Source of the DNA: a virus
Taxonomy: Duplodnaviria > Caudoviricetes
Strand: one strand, 5' to 3'
Virus record (IMG/VR): IMGVR_UViG_3300008259_002461
Length of the DNA stretch: 64,000 nt
The position numbers and the translations under genes are program-made. Positions 59,734 through 64,000 of this stretch are shown one piece after another; the stretch's first letter is position 1; each line of letters begins with the position of its first letter. The notes beneath the pieces were generated by a model, which saw only the letters and a program-made list of their open reading frames with translations, was not told the DNA's origin and did no database searches.

Positions 59734-60792
59734 TTGAAAATATCAACAAATAATCATTGGGATCCATTAGAAGAAATAATTGTAGGCATAGCTGATCATG
59801 CACGAGTGCCTACAGTGGACAGAAGCACCATGAATATGAGCTACAGTAACTATAGTATGGATAGTGTTAAACCTTTAGAAGGAGCATATCCTCAATGGTT
59901 AATTGATGAAGCTAACGAAGACTTGGAAGGATTGGCTACCGCGCTAAGAAAAGCCGGAGTTAAAGTACATAGACCAAAGCCGTTAGATCACAGTAAACAG
60001 TTTAGTACACCAGAGTGGCAAACTACTGGTTGGTATACTTGGTGTCCTAGAGACTTACTGTTGCCGTTAAAAAATCTAATTATTGAAACGCCTAGTGGGT
60101 GTCGTTCTAGATATTTTGAAACTAGGGCATATCACGATATAATGTTAGAAGCAGTTCGAGATGGAGTTGAATGGATAGCAGCACCTAAACCTATTCTATT
60201 AGATGAAGGCTATCAATTTGAAGATATACAAGGAAAGCCAAGTTTATTAAATTTAGAACCTATATTTGATGCTCCTAACTGTGTGCGTTTGGGTAAAGAT
60301 ATTTTATTTCAAATTTCAAACACTGGTAATCATTTAGGAATGCAATGGTTAAAAAATGTGCTTGAACCTAGAGGTTATAGAATACATGCGGCAGAGCATA
60401 TTTACAGTTTTGCTCATATGGATAGTACCATCGTTCCTTTAAGTCCGGGGAAAGTTTTGTTAAATAGTACTAGAGTCACGCCTGAAAATTGTCCTAAGAT
60501 ATTTGAAAAATGGGATAAGATATGGTTTAAAGATGTAAATATTAATCCTACTACAGAAACCGGACCAGGCAGTATCAGTCCGTGCAGTCCGTATATAGGA
60601 ATGAATATTTTAAGTATAAACCCTAGTACAGTAATAGTAGGCGAAGATCAGATTAATTTAACAAGAGTTTTAGAAAAACAAGGATTTGATGTAGTACATG
60701 TAAAAATGCGGCACGCTCAAACACTTAGTGGCGGACTTCATTGTACTACTTTAGATTTAAGAAGAACAGGATCGTTAGAGGATTATACATGA
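59734..60792 (+). CDS. Amidinotransferase (glycine/inosamine-phosphate amidinotransferase family)
   Basis: Start refined to TTG 59734 (AAGGA SD); WDPLEEIIVG, CPRD, FDAPN, HMDST, GGLHCTT (Cys-His-Asp triad motifs). Confidence 0.9.
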   Translation: MKISTNNHWDPLEEIIVGIADHARVPTVDRSTMNMSYSNYSMDSVKPLEGAYPQWLIDEANEDLEGLATALRKAGVKVHRPKPLDHSKQFSTPEWQTTGWYTWCPRDLLLPLKNLIIETPSGCRSRYFETRAYHDIMLEAVRDGVEWIAAPKPILLDEGYQFEDIQGKPSLLNLEPIFDAPNCVRLGKDILFQISNTGNHLGMQWLKNVLEPRGYRIHAAEHIYSFAHMDSTIVPLSPGKVLLNSTRVTPENCPKIFEKWDKIWFKDVNINPTTETGPGSISPCSPYIGMNILSINPSTVIVGEDQINLTRVLEKQGFDVVHVKMRHAQTLSGGLHCTTLDLRRTGSLEDYT

Positions 60793-61283
60793 TTGAGTTT
60801 GTAACAAATATAAAAGATTTTTGGTCAACTGATTTAGAAAAATTTGTCTTTCCAGTTATGTCACCTCTTAACACTAATGTAAGAGATTATTGGAATCATC
60901 CTAATTTTCAAAATGCCAAACCTCTCTTGCAAGCATTTGACAATGATTTACCAGAGTATTGGAATAAATTTCTAATTGAGCTAGGTACAACAGAAGGTAC
61001 AGTATCTTGGACTAACCTAGTACCGGGTCAAGTCCTACCTGTTCATACTGATGAGTTTTATAAACTAAGAACCAAGTACAATGTTGATATAGAAAAATGT
61101 AGAAGATATTTAATTTTTCTAAATGATTGGGTACTTGGACATTCTGTTGATTTTGAAGAAAAGACTATAACAAGATGGAAGTGTGGAGATGTTTGGTTAT
61201 TTGATCATCGTTCATTCCACTGCGCCGCTAATGCTTCTACAGTAGATTTTATAACCTGTCAGGTTAATACTATTACGATTTAA
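60789..61283 (+). CDS. Fe(II)/2OG oxygenase, AspH-like
   Basis: Start refined to ATG 60789; VPGQVLPVHTD...FHCAANAS...CQV. Confidence 0.7.
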   Translation: MIEFVTNIKDFWSTDLEKFVFPVMSPLNTNVRDYWNHPNFQNAKPLLQAFDNDLPEYWNKFLIELGTTEGTVSWTNLVPGQVLPVHTDEFYKLRTKYNVDIEKCRRYLIFLNDWVLGHSVDFEEKTITRWKCGDVWLFDHRSFHCAANASTVDFITCQVNTITI

Positions 61284-62425
61284 GGATTTAGAGGATATAG
61301 TGGAAGTGCATAATCTACGCCATCAACTATAATTCTAATATATTTAACTGTTCCACCTGTATTAACTTCGCCGGAACCAGCACCAGCTACTATTGAATTA
61401 TCTTGTATTCCGATAATCCCCTCGCTGTCTATAGATAACATAGTAACAAGTTCTTCTGTAGCATTTACACAACCTAATTCTATTCTACCTGGAATATACC
61501 CAGCACCCGGAGTGTCATCTACAAAAATTTGAATACCGGCTACTACAGCAGGACTACCGTTGCTATCTGCACCAAGCCAGTATTGACTAACAATTTTATC
61601 ACCAATTTGAAGTGGCAATGGTGTTTCATGCGTTCCTCTATATCTACTATACAATACTGCTGGCCCTTCTACAGTATTAGAAGCGCCATAGATAGACATA
61701 GCGTCATACGCATCGTCCGCAGTACCAGTAGTATATACAGCTAATCCTGCTAAAGTACCGTTATTATTTTGTCCTGATAATGTAATTGTAGCACCGTTAA
61801 CATCTTTAGTAGTAATGGCAATATTATCAACTTCGCCAACAATTTTTCCAGCTACTGAATCAACAAGAGTGCTAGAATCATCAGCAAAAACAGAACCTGT
61901 TAAATCGCCTATGATTTCTCTTGCAGTAAGTGTATCAGTTTCTGCGTCCCATAGCACTAAATTACTATCTGCTGAGCCGCTTGAGAGTTTAATAATTTGT
62001 GAACCAACTGCTAACGTAGTGTCTACGTTTGCTTGAGTAGCCCAAAGATTACGCCACTGTTTGGCACTTGTACCTAAATTATAAGAATCGTCAATGGCTG
62101 GAGTCAGTGACGAATTAATTAAACCAAGTACACTGATATTGTCGGTTGCATTGTCACCTAAGTTAATAGATCCAGTAGCAGTAATATTACCAGTAATATT
62201 AATGTTACCTGTGCCTATTATGTTATTACCGTTTAAGTTTAAATTGCCGCCCAGCAGTGGACTTGTTTCAGTTGAAAGGGCAGTTGGGCCAACGAGAATA
62301 CCACCTGTAGTAGCTCCGTCGCCTACAAATAACTTTTTCGTATCAGTAACGTAGACAATTTCGCCTATGTCTACGAATGCAGTAACACGTTCTGCTTCAG
62401 TACCGCGTCTTAATTTCAAAGCCAT
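61280..62425 (-). CDS. Tail fibre-like protein with Mtd_N/hyaluronidase-type N-terminal domain
   Basis: LKLRRGT...GEIVYVTDTKKLFVGDG..GG; ETSPLLGGNLNLNGNNI fibre motif; AGGAG SD. Confidence 0.75.
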   Translation of the reverse strand: MALKLRRGTEAERVTAFVDIGEIVYVTDTKKLFVGDGATTGGILVGPTALSTETSPLLGGNLNLNGNNIIGTGNINITGNITATGSINLGDNATDNISVLGLINSSLTPAIDDSYNLGTSAKQWRNLWATQANVDTTLAVGSQIIKLSSGSADSNLVLWDAETDTLTAREIIGDLTGSVFADDSSTLVDSVAGKIVGEVDNIAITTKDVNGATITLSGQNNNGTLAGLAVYTTGTADDAYDAMSIYGASNTVEGPAVLYSRYRGTHETPLPLQIGDKIVSQYWLGADSNGSPAVVAGIQIFVDDTPGAGYIPGRIELGCVNATEELVTMLSIDSEGIIGIQDNSIVAGAGSGEVNTGGTVKYIRIIVDGVDYALPLYPLNP

Positions 62426-62455
62426 GTAAATACTCCTGGTATCAATATCATATAG

Positions 62456-62463
62456 TATTTATG
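62456..62463 (-). promoter_or_regulatory. T4-late-like motif CATAAATA (minus strand)
   Basis: In the gap upstream of the fibre gene starting at 62425. Confidence 0.5.
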
Positions 62464-62478
62464 CCTTTGAATAAAAGA

Positions 62479-62814
62479 CTACTTGTTCTTTTTTAAGAAG
62501 CTTTTAGTGCGAGTTTGTATATCTCGTTTGATACGATCTGTATCTAACCTAAAATCAACGTTAATAATGTGCTCGTCGTACTCTTTAAACATCTGTTCGA
62601 GAACAGATTCTAAGTCTAAACTAGAGTGTTTTTGTCGAGATTTTTCAACGTCAATATCCCATACTTTTCCGCCCTTAAAGCTAACTCTAACGGAATGGAG
62701 ATACTCTATGGGTACTGCTTCAACTCTAACATCTTGAAATACTTCAGGCCAATGTGCTATTACATCTTCAGGAAGTTCTGTTATTTTTTTAGGCACTTTC
62801 TTCGGATTTTGCAC
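62479..62814 (-). CDS. Hypothetical protein
   Basis: About 105-111 aa, GTG start (62814 or 62796), overlapping the upstream gene end. Confidence 0.65.
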   Translation of the reverse strand: MQNPKKVPKKITELPEDVIAHWPEVFQDVRVEAVPIEYLHSVRVSFKGGKVWDIDVEKSRQKHSSLDLESVLEQMFKEYDEHIINVDFRLDTDRIKRDIQTRTKSFLKKNK

Positions 62815-63412
62815 TCTTTTTCTTTACAGGTGATAACTTATCTGCTTCTTCTCTAAGACGTTTAGCTTCTTTATATAATCGATCAGCATCGCTGCGATAT
62901 TTAGAAGCTATTTGATCATCTGTAAGTACGCCGTCGGCTGGTGCCGCAAGTGTTTGTATAGTAGCAATATCTGTAACCTCAACGGAGTTTTCGTCAGTAT
63001 TTACTACTGATGCAGTTTGCATATCAGAACTCTTAAGAGCTAATTCGTCAATACTTACACCTTTTTGTTGTGCAATTGCTTGATTTAAATCGCTTAACAA
63101 AATAGTAGTTTTCATATCCGGCGTCATTTCTACTAAATTAGTGGCCATTTTTACCATTTTACCTGTAACGTGAAATGCTGCCAACATATTCCTACCGTCT
63201 GGTAGTGATGTGCGAGCCATTGCTTCTGCAAATTCATAAGCAGTTTGGCCAGCATTTGATTCAATCAATTTCATTAAAGTGTCATGCTCGTCTGCTTGTA
63301 AGTTCTCTGTAGTAACTACAATACAGTTTTCTGCATCACCTGGTATTGTACGATACGCTACAACTATTTTTCTTTGGTTATTTTTTACTCTACCAACATG
63401 TTTTAGAGACAT
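62789..63412 (-). CDS. Hypothetical protein
   Basis: 207 aa, AGGAG SD, helical charged C-terminus. Confidence 0.75.
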   Translation of the reverse strand: MSLKHVGRVKNNQRKIVVAYRTIPGDAENCIVVTTENLQADEHDTLMKLIESNAGQTAYEFAEAMARTSLPDGRNMLAAFHVTGKMVKMATNLVEMTPDMKTTILLSDLNQAIAQQKGVSIDELALKSSDMQTASVVNTDENSVEVTDIATIQTLAAPADGVLTDDQIASKYRSDADRLYKEAKRLREEADKLSPVKKKSAKSEESA

Positions 63413-63413
63413 A

Positions 63414-63647
63414 TTATTCTCCTTCTTTTTTAGGTTGTTGTGAAGCTACAGCGGCTAGAAATGCTTCTAGTTTATTGTATGTCTGTCCTACTACAACCAT
63501 TTCGCTGGGTTTAAAAGTACCCCTTTGACTTGCAACATCAATAATTTGCTTTAGGGCGTTTAGATCCTGCACAGTTAGTTCTGCGCTAGGTTGTGCAGGT
63601 GCAGTTGTTGCAGTAGTTTCAGGTTGTTTCTTTTGTTCATCGCTCAT
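63414..63647 (-). CDS. Small hypothetical protein
   Basis: 77 aa, AGGAG SD. Confidence 0.7.
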   Translation of the reverse strand: MSDEQKKQPETTATTAPAQPSAELTVQDLNALKQIIDVASQRGTFKPSEMVVVGQTYNKLEAFLAAVASQQPKKEGE

Positions 63648-63674
63648 AATATCTCCTTAATTAAATGCGCTTTT

Positions 63675-63682
63675 TATTTACT
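63675..63682 (-). promoter_or_regulatory. T4-late-like motif AGTAAATA (minus strand)
   Basis: Overlaps the TAG stop at 63681-63683, upstream of SD and ATG 63647. Confidence 0.35.
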
Positions 63683-63959
63683 AGTATTTTAAATATGGAC
63701 ACGCCAAAGTGAAATAAGAAAGTTCTTTATGATCTTCAAAACCTATTTTTAACAAAGTTACTACTTGATTGGTAGAATCTACTTCTACAGTTTTTCCAAC
63801 ATAAAATCTGCCCTTTTGATGATCCATAATCCACTTTGCAATACTGTCTTGCAAGTTGTAATTCATGGGAACTGAGACATACTCAAAATGCTTTGGAGGC
63901 ACTTTGAGTTGTCTCAGATCAAAAAAGTTTAAAGGATTTGGATCTTTAAGACGTAACAT
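63681..63959 (-). CDS. Hypothetical protein
   Basis: 92 aa, TAATG-coupled to an upstream partial ORF. Confidence 0.7.
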   Translation of the reverse strand: MLRLKDPNPLNFFDLRQLKVPPKHFEYVSVPMNYNLQDSIAKWIMDHQKGRFYVGKTVEVDSTNQVVTLLKIGFEDHKELSYFTLACPYLKY

Positions 63960-64000
63960 TACTTGTCGTAGTGCGCAGTCAATCCAAACGGTGCTTGTAA
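63959..64000 (-). CDS. 3' end of a gene extending beyond the window (...LQAPFGLTAHYDK*)
   Basis: Open minus-strand frame from 64000 to TAA 63961-63959, overlapping the next ATG. Confidence 0.5.
   Translation of the reverse strand, partial: LQAPFGLTAHYDK

Noticed and set aside
24721-60788. Longer upstream starts given by the ORF track (24721, 25847, 26769, 40390, 45584, 49234, 52672, 57511, 59701, 60741)
   Set aside because: They overlap deeply into upstream genes; downstream starts have SDs or stop/start coupling and begin at the homologous domain.
16294-61283. RiPP system (radical SAM/SPASM maturases plus precursor peptide)
   Set aside because: No short precursor-like ORF, PqqD/RRE domain, protease or exporter recognised; the island has almost no intergenic space to hide one.
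50406-61283. TTAA at both 50406-50409 and 61280-61283 as a transposon target-site duplication
   Set aside because: These are overlapping TAA stops of convergent genes in AT-rich DNA; no terminal inverted repeats or transposase.
61280-62425. Diversity-generating retroelement linked to the Mtd_N domain
   Set aside because: No reverse transcriptase, no TR/VR repeat pair and no C-type lectin tip recognised.
1-64000. Eukaryotic giant-virus or bacterial-chromosome origin
   Set aside because: Tail collar/fibre genes, SD sites, overlapping operons, sigma70 and T4-late motifs indicate a bacteriophage; no housekeeping bacterial genes seen.
1-64000. Stop-codon reassignment (as in some huge phages)
   Set aside because: TAA, TAG and TGA all terminate full-length genes and coding density is already near complete under code 11.
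1-64000. tRNA, rRNA, CRISPR array, IS or intron/homing endonuclease
   Set aside because: No repeat-spacer array, cloverleaf-like segment, transposase or HNH/GIY-YIG/LAGLIDADG motif seen; intergenic gaps are under 70 bp.

Overview
AT-rich, almost fully coding fragment of a large tailed bacteriophage genome (T4-like/jumbo myophage style, standard genetic code, bacterial SD sites and promoters). 1-16243: tail/baseplate module with a 5'-truncated giant structural protein (over 2680 aa), three paralogous fibre-type proteins (one with a tail-collar domain, one with a C-terminal chaperone/peptidase-like domain) and a tandem paralogue pair. 16294-61283: a ~45 kb enzyme island of ~50 tightly overlapping genes in alternating-strand blocks. 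By motif it holds 15 radical SAM enzymes (8 with the auxiliary twitch/SPASM domain N-terminal), 10 HxD/H...H Fe(II)/2OG- or cupin-type oxygenases (one fused to a cold-shock domain), 7 glycosyltransferase-like proteins, 4 SGNH-like proteins, an NDP-sugar epimerase/dehydratase, 2 short SDRs, 2 methyltransferases (one PRMT-like), 2 degenerate kinase-fold proteins, a QueC-like PP-loop enzyme, a GNAT-like protein, a PLP aminotransferase and an amidinotransferase. 61280-64000: another tail-fibre gene and small hypothetical genes on the minus strand. The first block follows perfect sigma70 promoters; later blocks are paired back-to-back around T4-late-like TAAATA motifs. No tRNA, rRNA, CRISPR or mobile element was recognised. 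All family calls are from motif reading only, with no database search; substrates are unknown.
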